IMG/VR virus record: IMGVR_UViG_3300042569_003232
Coordinates: 1-64,000 of that record
DNA from: a virus
Taxonomy: Duplodnaviria > Heunggongvirae > Uroviricota > Caudoviricetes
Direction: 5' to 3' (one strand)
DNA: 64,000 nucleotides
Numbering within the stretch: position 1 is the stretch's first letter; the number at the start of each line of letters is the position of its first letter. This document shows positions 27,920-37,199 of the stretch, piece after piece. Made by a program: the position numbers and the translations under genes. The notes beneath the pieces are model-generated. The model had not been told where the DNA came from. It saw only the letters and a program-made list of their open reading frames with translations, and searched no databases.

Positions 27920-27960
27920 AAAAATGGTTAGATGGTTTATTCAGCCATCTAACCATTTTT
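27920..27960. terminator. bidirectional hairpin terminator
   Basis: aaaaatggttagatgg-tttattcag-ccatctaaccattttt. Confidence 0.6.
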
Positions 27961-27975
27961 AAGTTTTAATTTTTA

Positions 27976-28608
27976 TTATTCACTGGATTCCGCAGTTTCC
28001 ATATCAACTTCGCCAGAGTCCAGTTGCTTAGTTTCATGCAACAAGAAGTTGAAACTTTTCAGTTTAAATGCTTGCCATTCAAAAGGAACCATTTTTCGCA
28101 AAACAACTCCTTCTGCCCATACATCATTTTTACAAATAGTGCATTTCTTTTCCAGATAAGTATTAATCATTTTATCAAGAAAATCTTGATGCCAATGATT
28201 ATGAACACTCAAATCAGGAAAAAGATTTTCAGCCTTTCCATAATAATGTGTTTTGGGTGTTTTGAAACCGAATTTACGACAAAATGCTTCCAATTCTGGA
28301 TGAGAAAAAGTGTAAACATTTCCGCATGGACTTGTATAAGTTACGTTGAAAACATAAAAATCACAAGTATTTGGAGCACAGGAATAATCATATCCACGTT
28401 GGATAGGACTACCATTTGGTGTATATCCCACGATTTCACCCGTAACGGAAATGCCTTTACTCAACGAAGGGAAAATCTTATCTGCAACAATTTTCCAAAC
28501 ATCTGCATCATAAAAATGATTATGTTGTTGCTGATTTTCTTTTTTCTTAAACAATTGTTTTATTTTTTTAATCATATTTTTTATATCTCCATTTATAGCC
28601 ATAAGCAT
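27976..28608 (-). CDS. C-terminal portion of a split RNA-ligase-like nucleotidyltransferase (motifs III-V)
   Basis: GEIVG (motif III-like), AEGVVLRK (motif IV-like) and FKLKSF (motif V-like). It lies immediately downstream of the GIY-YIG gene that separates it from 29364..30197. Confidence 0.4.
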   Translation of the reverse strand: MLMAINGDIKNMIKKIKQLFKKKENQQQHNHFYDADVWKIVADKIFPSLSKGISVTGEIVGYTPNGSPIQRGYDYSCAPNTCDFYVFNVTYTSPCGNVYTFSHPELEAFCRKFGFKTPKTHYYGKAENLFPDLSVHNHWHQDFLDKMINTYLEKKCTICKNDVWAEGVVLRKMVPFEWQAFKLKSFNFLLHETKQLDSGEVDMETAESSE

Positions 28609-29341
28609 GTTTAACTTTATTTTTCAATGCATAGTTTATACACACATTCGAACAAAGTCCTAGAAATTTAGTGGCATCTTTCTGTGATTCAAACGAACGA
28701 ATTACGTTACCATTCATATCCAACATTTCAATAGCTTTTTTACATTTTTCTCTATTTCGAGACTTTATAGGCTTTATTTTTTCACCTAAAAAAACTCTAC
28801 TCCAAAAAAATCCATAACATGTTCTATCAGACTTTAAACTCGCTTTTCCAATATTTGAAGAATTATAATTTAAACATCTTTCGATTTCCTTTAAACCGTT
28901 CCATTTAGTAATGAATGTTCCATCCAAATCATATTGATATATTTCAATCGAAGATGGATTATCTTTTCCAAATTTCCCTTTTAAGGTAGAATTCACCGAT
29001 TTTTTTAAATTAGACTCTTTAGTATGTTTAACTCCTAAACAATTTCCTGCGGTTTTGCATATATTGTATTCTGGAGTCAATGAATTTATATAGAACTGTT
29101 CTCGTATTATTAATTCTTCTTTAGAACAATCTTCTAATATTTCAAATGTAAAAGAGTTTTTGCCATATTTATTCCATGCTCTTTGTAAGACTATTGAATG
29201 ATGTCTATTTGTCTCAAGTCTATTTTTATGTGTATAAAATCTTGCTAGTACATCGACTGCACTGCCTATATAACATTTATTGTTTATTGTATTGGTTATT
29301 TTATATATTCCTGAATTTGAACGAGTTTTTGTTTTTCTCAT
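28568..29341 (-). CDS. GIY-YIG homing endonuclease (I-TevI/Seg-like)
   Basis: GIYKITN...YIGSA...R...N..LQRAWNKYG...F.F.ILE...EL..REQFYI is a canonical GIY-YIG core; C-terminal basic DNA-binding region. Confidence 0.85.
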   Translation of the reverse strand: MRKTKTRSNSGIYKITNTINNKCYIGSAVDVLARFYTHKNRLETNRHHSIVLQRAWNKYGKNSFTFEILEDCSKEELIIREQFYINSLTPEYNICKTAGNCLGVKHTKESNLKKSVNSTLKGKFGKDNPSSIEIYQYDLDGTFITKWNGLKEIERCLNYNSSNIGKASLKSDRTCYGFFWSRVFLGEKIKPIKSRNREKCKKAIEMLDMNGNVIRSFESQKDATKFLGLCSNVCINYALKNKVKHAYGYKWRYKKYD

Positions 29342-29363
29342 TCAAATATTTACTGTAAAGTAA

Positions 29364-30197
29364 TTAAGAATCTACTAAATTTGTATTTTTCAAGACACGA
29401 CGACTGGAATACAACATTCCATATTCAGTTTCTTGAACTTTACAGCCAAAGAATTTTGCAATTTTATCTTTCCAAGATAGATTTTTATTAACTAATACAT
29501 GACTGACCACAAAATTACATCCATGGATTTTTTCAGTAATTGCAATATAATCATCGGGGTCAATCTTTTCCACTTCTTTTTTCAAATGACTGGTATCAGG
29601 ATGAAAATGGAATTGGTTTTCAATCAACTTGGATTTATACTTTTTAGTATTTCCCTTTGGTTTGTTACCAGATGGAACCTTTTCCACCATGTTGCGAGGA
29701 ACGTACTTTTTACACAAAACATGGTTACAAATTTCGTCAAAATCAGTTCCAACATCTTTTTCAGAAATTTTAATTTCCTTTGAAAGAAAATCTTTACAGA
29801 ACTTTTCAATTTCAGAAACAGGAACAACGTATCCTTCGCTTTTTTCTCCACGCAATCGAACTGCTTTTACTCGACAATTCGCTTCAAACATTCCTTTTTG
29901 AAGGGAATCTTGGTTAAGAGAGTTGTCTCGAAAAGAATTAGTGTATTTCAGGAAATCTGCGGAAATTGCACATTCCAAAGGAAAATAAACATACAAATCA
30001 TTTTCTTTTGCAGACAATCCAGTAATTACGTTATTACCGTAGATTGCTAGGCATTGCAAGCGATCTGCATTAAAATGGGGTCGCAAGTTCTGCAATTTTA
30101 CAATTGTTGCGAGATAATTTTCGTTATATTCTTTAGATTTTGAGTACATATTATTTAACGGAGGGAGTAACAATGCAATTTCCGTGGTTTGGAGCAA
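29364..30197 (-). CDS. N-terminal portion of a split RNA-ligase-like nucleotidyltransferase (motif I KIHGCN)
   Basis: EKIHGCNFVV, resembling Rnl2 motif I (KIHGTN), lies near the C-terminus of this 277-aa ORF. The ORF stops 22 nt before the GIY-YIG gene. Confidence 0.4.
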   Translation of the reverse strand: MLQTTEIALLLPPLNNMYSKSKEYNENYLATIVKLQNLRPHFNADRLQCLAIYGNNVITGLSAKENDLYVYFPLECAISADFLKYTNSFRDNSLNQDSLQKGMFEANCRVKAVRLRGEKSEGYVVPVSEIEKFCKDFLSKEIKISEKDVGTDFDEICNHVLCKKYVPRNMVEKVPSGNKPKGNTKKYKSKLIENQFHFHPDTSHLKKEVEKIDPDDYIAITEKIHGCNFVVSHVLVNKNLSWKDKIAKFFGCKVQETEYGMLYSSRRVLKNTNLVDS

Positions 30198-30660
30198 GAA
30201 GCATATAACTATGCAAATTCAATTTGAATTTTTTTCCCATCATTTGTTTAAATTCCTCTAGTTCTTTTTCCGAAGACACGAGAATTTCTACTTCCACGGG
30301 ATCAAATGAAATTGACAATTTTCGTTTTTCATAAAATTTGATATTTCTTGCATCTGTTTTTTTATGGACGCATTTAACCAAATCATCAAAAAACAAAAAC
30401 TTTTCTTGTTTTTTTGCAGCTTTTGAAAGACGATTAACCAGCCGAACAAATCTTCGAAAATCTTCAGGAGACATCTTCAATAGTTTTTGCAAATCAAAAA
30501 ACATTGACCATTTACTGTAAATGTTTTTAACCAACATTCTTTTCTGAAGGAAAAAATGTTCAAAAAGATTTCTTGCATCACTATCATTTTTCCTTTGAAC
30601 TTCCTTGAAAAGAAGTTTGATTTTTCTCTTAAAACTGACGTTTGATGAATAGATTTTCAT
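30151..30660 (-). CDS. hypothetical basic protein
   Basis: 169-aa ORF. Confidence 0.4.
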   Translation of the reverse strand: MKIYSSNVSFKRKIKLLFKEVQRKNDSDARNLFEHFFLQKRMLVKNIYSKWSMFFDLQKLLKMSPEDFRRFVRLVNRLSKAAKKQEKFLFFDDLVKCVHKKTDARNIKFYEKRKLSISFDPVEVEILVSSEKELEEFKQMMGKKFKLNLHSYMLLAPNHGNCIVTPSVK

Positions 30661-30891
30661 TTAATTAATAATTAACGTTTAACAGAGTGATATGCTTGCA
30701 TATAATGAACATCCAAAGGAAATTGAGGAGGAATTCCCTGACTACCATCAAACAAACCTTCTGTTTGCATTTTTTTGATGTATTCAGGAGCGATTTCAAG
30801 TTCAACTGGTTTAGAATCTTCGTTTTTCATAGGTGGCTTATAATACACTAGGTAAAGAGGGTGTCAACAATTTTCTGGAAATTTCTGGACC

Positions 30892-31197
30892 TCAATAGTA
30901 ATCCAAAGTTAACAAATGATTTTTTTGAAAATCACGCAATCTTTTTATTTTCGGACTATATATTAAACTAGTTAAATAGTTACCAAATATCTCAAATGCC
31001 CAACCTACAATTTCTGGTCCGCCTCTTAAACTAATTAATTTATTATCAAAACATAAATAATGTTGATTTACAATTTTTGGTCCATTTTGTAAATCCACTA
31101 ATTTATTGTTATTACATATAAAACTTCCGTATATAATTTCTGGAAATTTATCCAAAACAGTTAGCTGTTTGTAGCTGCAATTAAAATGTTTCGTCAT
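30892..31197 (-). CDS. LTSL-repeat family protein (about 3 repeats), C-terminal tag
   Basis: C-terminus HLLTLDYY. Confidence 0.6.
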   Translation of the reverse strand: MTKHFNCSYKQLTVLDKFPEIIYGSFICNNNKLVDLQNGPKIVNQHYLCFDNKLISLRGGPEIVGWAFEIFGNYLTSLIYSPKIKRLRDFQKNHLLTLDYY

Positions 31198-31495
31198 GTC
31201 TTGGAAAATAATCTAAAGTTAGTAAATGGTTCATCGTACAAAATGGTATAACCTGCGATTTTGGAGTATATAATAAACTAGTCAAATTATTTCTATTACA
31301 ATAAATCCGTTTATCAATTTTTTTTGAAATACCTTTTAAACTAGTCAATTTATTATAACTGCACGAAAAATATCCTTTTATATGTTTTGGCGATCCATCT
31401 AATGTAATCAAATTATTATGATAACAAATAAGACTTTCCTCCATAATTTCTGGCAAAAAGGGAAGTTTTGTTAAATTTTTATCAGAAATATGCAT
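31181..31495 (-). CDS. LTSL-repeat family protein (about 3 repeats), C-terminal tag
   Basis: NLTKLPFLPEIM cap; C-terminus HLLTLDYFPRHDETF. Confidence 0.6.
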   Translation of the reverse strand: MHISDKNLTKLPFLPEIMEESLICYHNNLITLDGSPKHIKGYFSCSYNKLTSLKGISKKIDKRIYCNRNNLTSLLYTPKSQVIPFCTMNHLLTLDYFPRHDETF

Positions 31496-31498
31496 AAT

Positions 31499-31801
31499 TC
31501 AAAAATAATCCAAAGTTAGTAAATGGTTTTTATAATAACTAAAATTCATATATCTACGTTTTTTAGGAAAATATATTAAAGATGTTAAATAATTGTTAGC
31601 ACAAAAGAACATGTTTTCTACTTTTTTAGGCGATCCTTTTAAACTAATTAATTCGTTGCAATAACACACAAAACCAGTTACGATTTCTGGTCCGCCCTCT
31701 AAAGTTGATAATTTATTATAACCACACAAAAAATATTCCTCTATAATTCTCGGAATTGATAATTTTGTCAAACTGTTTAAATTTTTACCAGAAAGATTCA
31801 T
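31499..31801 (-). CDS. LTSL-repeat family protein (about 3 repeats), C-terminal tag
   Basis: C-terminus HLLTLDYF. Confidence 0.6.
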   Translation of the reverse strand: MNLSGKNLNSLTKLSIPRIIEEYFLCGYNKLSTLEGGPEIVTGFVCYCNELISLKGSPKKVENMFFCANNYLTSLIYFPKKRRYMNFSYYKNHLLTLDYF

Positions 31802-31915
31802 TTTATATACAAGGAATATAATCCTTTGTTAGTAAACTGTTAGTAAAATAAAAACCTATAATTATTTTAGGTGCAGGTAACAGGCAAGTTCTTGAATATG
31901 TATTAGAGAGGCGCA

Positions 31916-32230
31916 TTATTCGTTATAAGAGATATAATCCAAAGTTAATAAAAGATTTTTGAAATAATAAAAGTTGTTGATTATTTTGGGTGCATATAAC
32001 AGACTAGTCAAATTGTTATCAAAACAATCATAAATTCCCGTATGCATAATATTTTTCGGTCCCCCTCGCAATGTGGTTAAATCGTTAGCACTGCAATCGA
32101 AATTTCCAAATACAAATTTCGGTCCTCCTTCTAAATTACGTAATTTATTAAAACCGCAATCAAAATCTCCAATTATAATTTCTGGAATATTTTCCAATTT
32201 TATTAATTTTTTATACCCACTCATATACAT
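31916..32230 (-). CDS. LTSL-repeat family protein (about 3 repeats), C-terminal tag
   Basis: KLIKLENIPEII cap; C-terminus LLLTLDYISYNE. Confidence 0.6.
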   Translation of the reverse strand: MYMSGYKKLIKLENIPEIIIGDFDCGFNKLRNLEGGPKFVFGNFDCSANDLTTLRGGPKNIMHTGIYDCFDNNLTSLLYAPKIINNFYYFKNLLLTLDYISYNE

Positions 32231-32380
32231 TTTTCATTTTTTTCATTTTTATTTTCAAACCAGTTCATTTACTGTATGCCCCTTTTTTGAAGTGTCAACT
32301 ATTTTTTACCAGAAAAAATTTTTGTTTTCTCATTGACAAAGGGGAAAAATAATCCATGATGCCCATCAACCAAATATTCT

Positions 32381-32809
32381 ATGAAAAGCATTTATAAAAC
32401 TCGCAATTTGACGAAAGAAGAATTGTTCCGGATTTTGTCTGTGGGCGTTTCTGAGAATGATCAAAACACTATTAAGAATAAAATCGAAGATTTGCCAATT
32501 GATAATTATTATTTGGCACTAATTCCCCGTTCTTTGGAGTTTGATGAAACTGTTAGAAAAGAATGGTGCCTAACAATTCAAGTGGGCATTACTAGCAATA
32601 ATTGCAAGCATTTGCTGGATCTTGACGTTAGCGGATTCGCCCAAAAAACGGTTCCAGTAAATTTCAATTATTACGAAAATAAAATTAATTATTTTCATTC
32701 GGATTCTTTTATGGAATTCATCTTTTCCGAAAAATTGGAAGAACATGAAGAGAATTTTTTCTGCGAGTTTGTGAAAAATTTCTTTGACAAAGCACTCCTC
32801 CCAGAGTAA
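32381..32809 (+). CDS. hypothetical protein
   Basis: 142-aa ORF. Confidence 0.4.
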   Translation: MKSIYKTRNLTKEELFRILSVGVSENDQNTIKNKIEDLPIDNYYLALIPRSLEFDETVRKEWCLTIQVGITSNNCKHLLDLDVSGFAQKTVPVNFNYYENKINYFHSDSFMEFIFSEKLEEHEENFFCEFVKNFFDKALLPE

Positions 32810-32836
32810 TAATTACCACACCAAATAAATCAGCTT

Positions 32837-33136
32837 ATGAATAATATTAAACCAGAACTTATCGGATTTTATTCCAGTTGTTATCCAAATCAAGATGTAT
32901 GTTTTATGGTAGGTATGGGCGATGTTTCGAATGATGAAATGATGGAAGATGACGAAGTGGAAGCAGCAGCAGAATCATTTTTCGAAAAATCTCCTGTTCT
33001 TCGAAATAATTATAGTCGGGATGCGGAATGTTATTATACATTTTCAAATCTTTCTGCTAAACAAGTATTTGATGCTATTAAAGATTTGGGCTTTACTTAC
33101 AAAGGTCCAGTTGATAAAGCTGCAATTAATTTCTAA
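32837..33136 (+). CDS. hypothetical acidic protein
   Basis: 99-aa ORF. Confidence 0.4.
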   Translation: MNNIKPELIGFYSSCYPNQDVCFMVGMGDVSNDEMMEDDEVEAAAESFFEKSPVLRNNYSRDAECYYTFSNLSAKQVFDAIKDLGFTYKGPVDKAAINF

Positions 33137-33205
33137 TTTTACACCCAAGAAAAAGCAAAACAAACCAAAATAAACAACAACAACAACAAAAAACCAAATA
33201 AATAT

Positions 33206-33646
33206 ATGGCTCGTCCTACAAATCCAAATAATCGTTATTCTCTCGTTTGCAAAGTTACTGGAGAGAGTGTTCCGACTAACCCAAAGCAATTCAACGATCT
33301 AATGAATCGGTATAATATTTCTGCCGAACAATTGGACAATAGTTATGTTTCTCGGGGTGGTCGCAACATTATCAAAAGTGAAAATCTCACTAAGGAACAA
33401 GCAATTGAAAAGTATGGCATTCATCAGAATGTTGCTGATATGTTGAAGTGTCTTGCTCCCACTACAAAGGTCAACAAGCCTCGTAAAGCAAAGGTTGCAC
33501 TGCTTTCCCCGGAAGCACCAGAAACCGCACCAGAAGCAGTTGAGGCAGGAGAAATCCATGCAGTAGAGGAATCCACTGAATCGGACGAATCTTCTGATTC
33601 TGTGGTGTTTCTAACTGAAGATGTCCATGACGAAGTGACTGTGTGA
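33206..33646 (+). CDS. hypothetical protein
   Basis: 146-aa ORF with an acidic, Ser-rich C-terminus. Confidence 0.4.
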   Translation: MARPTNPNNRYSLVCKVTGESVPTNPKQFNDLMNRYNISAEQLDNSYVSRGGRNIIKSENLTKEQAIEKYGIHQNVADMLKCLAPTTKVNKPRKAKVALLSPEAPETAPEAVEAGEIHAVEESTESDESSDSVVFLTEDVHDEVTV

Positions 33647-33652
33647 CCCTAA

Positions 33653-33693
33653 TAAAAAAGGGGTTTCTGCAAAATTGCAGAAACCCCTTTTTT
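33653..33693. terminator. strong bidirectional rho-independent terminator
   Basis: aaaaaaggggtttctgcaaaattgcagaaacccctttttt: a 12-bp GC-containing stem with an A run on one side and a T run on the other. Confidence 0.75.
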
Positions 33694-33722
33694 CTATTTA
33701 TAGACTAAATAATTTTTAACTT

Positions 33723-33989
33723 ATGACAGACGAAGAAATTAAATCAAACTTGGAAAACATTGCTGACGATTTTGGAATTGAATTAACTTCCAGACAAACC
33801 AAAAAACTTAGCAAATTGATTGCAGAACTAAGTGAAGAAAATGCAAGTCGGGAAGAAATTTTTGAAGAGTTGAAAACTGTTTCTCCAGATGATGAAGATG
33901 AAGATTGGAATGAATTAATCGAAGCTATGGTCGATTTTGTGGTTGACAATATGGATGACTTCGAAGAATATCAAGATGATGAAATTTAA
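33723..33989 (+). CDS. hypothetical highly acidic protein
   Basis: 88 aa, Asp/Glu-rich. Confidence 0.4.
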   Translation: MTDEEIKSNLENIADDFGIELTSRQTKKLSKLIAELSEENASREEIFEELKTVSPDDEDEDWNELIEAMVDFVVDNMDDFEEYQDDEI

Positions 33990-34018
33990 AAACATCTTAA
34001 CTAGAAAATCATTTCATT

Positions 34019-34342
34019 ATGAAATTTGATCGTTCTTTTAAAGAATTGGAAAAATTACCAAGATCACCAAAAATTATACATGGAAGTTTCTTTTTGTGTG
34101 GTTATAATTCGTCAACTAATTTGGAAAATTCTCCCCAAACGGTAGAAGAAAATTTTCACTGTTATCATAATAGATTAACTAGTTTATATGGAATATCCAG
34201 ATTTATTGGAGGTCACTTATATGGGGAATTTAATCGTTTGTCTAATTTAATATATGGTCCAAAAATTATAACTTCTATATCTATTAAATACAATCACTTA
34301 TTATCTTTGGATTATTCTAACACAAGAAATTTATGGAAATAA
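34019..34342 (+). CDS. LTSL-repeat family protein (about 3 repeats), C-terminal tag
   Basis: ELEKLPRSPKII cap; C-terminus HLLSLDYSNTRN. Confidence 0.6.
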   Translation: MKFDRSFKELEKLPRSPKIIHGSFFLCGYNSSTNLENSPQTVEENFHCYHNRLTSLYGISRFIGGHLYGEFNRLSNLIYGPKIITSISIKYNHLLSLDYSNTRNLWK

Positions 34343-34836
34343 ATTTATCCGGTAAAAGATTACCAAAATTACCAGAACTTCCTGAAATTATAAATGGCGA
34401 TCTTTGGTGTCATAATAATAAATTAACTACATTAAAAGGATCGCCGAAAATCGTAAATGGAAGTTTCTATTGCAGAAGAAACCGATTAACTAGTTTAGAA
34501 AAAGGGCCAAAATTTGTCGGAACCCATTTCTGGTGTAGCGTGAACAGGTTGACTAGTTTAAAAGGAGGTCCAGAAAATGTGGGTGACGAATTTCATTGTA
34601 GTGATAACGATTTAACTAATTTAGAAGGATCACCAAAGAGTGTTGGTAATTTTTGGTGCGAAGAAAATGATTTAATTACTTTATATGGCGCACCAAAAAG
34701 AGTAAATGGATGTTTTATGTGTAATCGTAATAAGATAACAAGTCTAATTTATACACCAAAAAATCCTTTTGAGTTATCGTACATTGCTAACTGTTTATTA
34801 TCTCTTGATTATATCCCGAATAGTGTTCATATATAA
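34333..34836 (+). CDS. LTSL-repeat family protein (about 6 repeats), C-terminal tag
   Basis: RLPKLPELPEII cap; repeats NxLT[ST]LxGxPxxV; C-terminus CLLSLDYIPNSVHI. Confidence 0.65.
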   Translation: MEINLSGKRLPKLPELPEIINGDLWCHNNKLTTLKGSPKIVNGSFYCRRNRLTSLEKGPKFVGTHFWCSVNRLTSLKGGPENVGDEFHCSDNDLTNLEGSPKSVGNFWCEENDLITLYGAPKRVNGCFMCNRNKITSLIYTPKNPFELSYIANCLLSLDYIPNSVHI

Positions 34837-34859
34837 ACCGTATTTATTTAGTTACCATT

Positions 34860-35120
34860 ATGAATATCGACCTTTCTTGTAAAGATTTACCAGAACTACC
34901 ATCTTTTCCAAAAATTTTAGATGGTTATTTTTGGTGTGCCGACAATCTTTTAACTAGCCTAAAAGGATGTCCAAAAATTATAAATTCTAGTTTTGATTGC
35001 TCTTATAATAAACTAGTTTATTTACTAGAAACCCCAAAAATAGTAATGGGAAGAAGTTGGTATTCTTATAATCATTTACTGTCAAGGGATTATATTCCAT
35101 TTAATAAACATCTAGTATGA
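34860..35120 (+). CDS. LTSL-repeat family protein (about 2 repeats), C-terminal tag
   Basis: C-terminus HLLSRDYIPFNKHLV. Confidence 0.55.
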   Translation: MNIDLSCKDLPELPSFPKILDGYFWCADNLLTSLKGCPKIINSSFDCSYNKLVYLLETPKIVMGRSWYSYNHLLSRDYIPFNKHLV

Positions 35121-35440
35121 ATATTGATTATTCTTTTAAAAAATTAACAAAACTGCCAGAATTACCAGATTTTGTAAAAGGAATGGCAGTTTTCAGTAAT
35201 AATCAAATAACTAGCTTACAAGGATCACCTAGAATTGTACTTGGTTATTTTGACTGTTTCAGAAATAACTTATTTACTCTAAAAGGAGGTCCGAAAATTG
35301 TAAAAGGGAATTTTAATTGCGGTTGGAATAACTTGAATAGTTTATTATATAGTCCAAAATTATCAAGAAATGTATTTTGTTATTATAATAATCTGATTTC
35401 TTTTGATTACGTTTCAAGTGTAAAAAATTTCCAAATATGA
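35117..35440 (+). CDS. LTSL-repeat family protein (about 3 repeats), C-terminal tag
   Basis: KLTKLPELPDFV cap; C-terminus NLISFDYVSSVKNFQI. Confidence 0.6.
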   Translation: MNIDYSFKKLTKLPELPDFVKGMAVFSNNQITSLQGSPRIVLGYFDCFRNNLFTLKGGPKIVKGNFNCGWNNLNSLLYSPKLSRNVFCYYNNLISFDYVSSVKNFQI

Positions 35441-35817
35441 TAAATATAACATATTTAAAAAATAATGGAATTAAAATCTTTCATGATAACGGCAATAGTT
35501 TGATTTGTATACTTAGAGGTTTGACTAGTTTAGAAGATTGCCCTAAAAATATAAATGATCACGTTAATATTAAACACAATAAATTAACTAATTTAAAGGG
35601 ATCGCCACAAACTATAAGAGGAGGGTATAATTGTAGTTGCAATATTTTGTTTACTTTAAAAGGAGGTCCAAAAAATGTCGGAGGAGCATTTTATTGTTCG
35701 AGAAATAGACTAACCAGTTTGTTATATTTTCCTAAAGAACCACTTTGGACCTCATATCATCATAATAACTTGCTGTCAGTTGATTATATTCCAATTAATC
35801 TGGAAAACATATTATGA
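35437..35817 (+). CDS. LTSL-repeat family protein (about 3-4 repeats), C-terminal tag
   Basis: C-terminus NLLSVDYIPINLENIL. Confidence 0.6.
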   Translation: MINITYLKNNGIKIFHDNGNSLICILRGLTSLEDCPKNINDHVNIKHNKLTNLKGSPQTIRGGYNCSCNILFTLKGGPKNVGGAFYCSRNRLTSLLYFPKEPLWTSYHHNNLLSVDYIPINLENIL

Positions 35818-36197
35818 ATGTTTATTACAATAACCAAGGTTTAAAGAAAATACCAGTTTTTCCTAAAATTTTTGATGGCAATTTTGAAGTTGCCATCAAT
35901 CAGTTGACTAGCTTAAAATGTTCCCCAGAAGTTGTCAGAGGACACTTCGACTGTGCTGCTAATAATTTATCGGATTTAAAAGGAGCACCAAAATTTGTTA
36001 AACGTTATTTTAATTGTCAATTTAACCAATTAACTAATTTAAAAGGAGCACCGAAATTTGTAGGGAGACTTTTTTGGTGTTCCTTTAATAAATTAACTAA
36101 TTTGATATATTCTCCTAAAACAACACTTCGGGTAATGTGCAACAGTAATTCGTTATTAACAATGGATTATATCTCCGCTCAAAAAGATGAACTTTAA
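35814..36197 (+). CDS. LTSL-repeat family protein (about 4 repeats), C-terminal tag
   Basis: C-terminus SLLTMDYISAQKDEL. Confidence 0.6.
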   Translation: MNVYYNNQGLKKIPVFPKIFDGNFEVAINQLTSLKCSPEVVRGHFDCAANNLSDLKGAPKFVKRYFNCQFNQLTNLKGAPKFVGRLFWCSFNKLTNLIYSPKTTLRVMCNSNSLLTMDYISAQKDEL

Positions 36198-36771
36198 ACT
36201 AACATTAGAAAATTTAGAGGAACTTCCCAATCTTCCAGAAGTAATTCTTGGAAATTTTGATTGTAATTATACTGATTTAATTACACTTAAAAATATTCCA
36301 AAAATTATAGAAGGAGGTTTCTTTTGTAGTTATACTGGAATATCATCATTAGAAAATGGTCCAAAAAGTGTTGGAGGAAGTTTTATCTGTAATTATAATA
36401 GCTTAATTAATTTAAAAGGAGGTCCAAAAAGAATTGGAGGACATTTGCTTTGTAATGGCAATAAATTAACTACTTTAGAAGGAATGCCGCAAAGTATTGG
36501 AGGAGGATTTGAATGTAGCAATAATAAGTTAGTTAATCTAATTGGAGCACCGAAAATAGTACATGGTTTTTTCAATTGTGAATTTAACTATTTAGTTACC
36601 TTAAAAGGTTCACCAAAAATTATAGATGGTTATTTTCATATTTACCGAAACAAATTAAATAGTTTTTTATTTGGACCAAAAATTTTTAAAGATGATTTTT
36701 TCCCAACTTTTGGCAAAGGTAATCACTTGATTTCTATGGACTATTGCTCTAATGTAAACTTCGACACATGA
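36187..36771 (+). CDS. LTSL-repeat family protein (about 7 repeats), C-terminal tag
   Basis: LENLEELPNLPEVI cap; Gly-rich repeat variant (GGPKRIGG); C-terminus HLISMDYCSNVNFDT. Confidence 0.6.
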   Translation: MNFKLTLENLEELPNLPEVILGNFDCNYTDLITLKNIPKIIEGGFFCSYTGISSLENGPKSVGGSFICNYNSLINLKGGPKRIGGHLLCNGNKLTTLEGMPQSIGGGFECSNNKLVNLIGAPKIVHGFFNCEFNYLVTLKGSPKIIDGYFHIYRNKLNSFLFGPKIFKDDFFPTFGKGNHLISMDYCSNVNFDT

Positions 36772-37190
36772 AAACAATATCTATATTTTTTATCATTTCT
36801 TGTTTATGCTCTTGTTCTGCAATAGAAAAAGAACAAACACAGAAACCCTCTGCTTTGCAAAAAATAAAAGCACGCATAACATATTATTATCCACAAGCAC
36901 CATTTGGTAAAAAGGTTAGTGACCAAAATACCAAAGTTGCAAAAAAAGGAATTACTGTTGCAGCACATCCAGATTTTAAGTTTGGAACTAAAATTATTAT
37001 TCCAAACTTAAAAGGTAAAGTCGGAAATGGAACATTTATAGTACAGGACCGAGGAAGTGCAGTAACAAAGAAAAAAGCATCAAAAGGAAAAGGATATGTT
37101 TTTGATGTTTTTGTTGACAATCGAAAAGATATGAATATATTGCAGCACAAATCTCCAGAATGGATGGAAGTATTTGTCGTTAAAAATTAA
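36768..37190 (+). CDS. lipoprotein with a 3D (MltA/YuiC-like) domain
   Basis: Lipobox IISC after a hydrophobic leader; GITVAAHPD...GTKIIIPNL...GTFIVQDRGSAV...FDVFV matches the 3D-domain pattern (G.IAVDP..IP.GTKV.I.G...y.v.DrGgaI...IDvf). Confidence 0.55.
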   Translation: MKTISIFFIISCLCSCSAIEKEQTQKPSALQKIKARITYYYPQAPFGKKVSDQNTKVAKKGITVAAHPDFKFGTKIIIPNLKGKVGNGTFIVQDRGSAVTKKKASKGKGYVFDVFVDNRKDMNILQHKSPEWMEVFVVKN

Positions 37191-37199
37191 CTTAATATA

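Noticed and set aside
32231-32380. TTGACA hexamers in the divergent region between array C and the plus-strand genes
   Set aside because: No acceptable -10 element sits at 16-18 nt spacing on either strand, so no promoter was called here.
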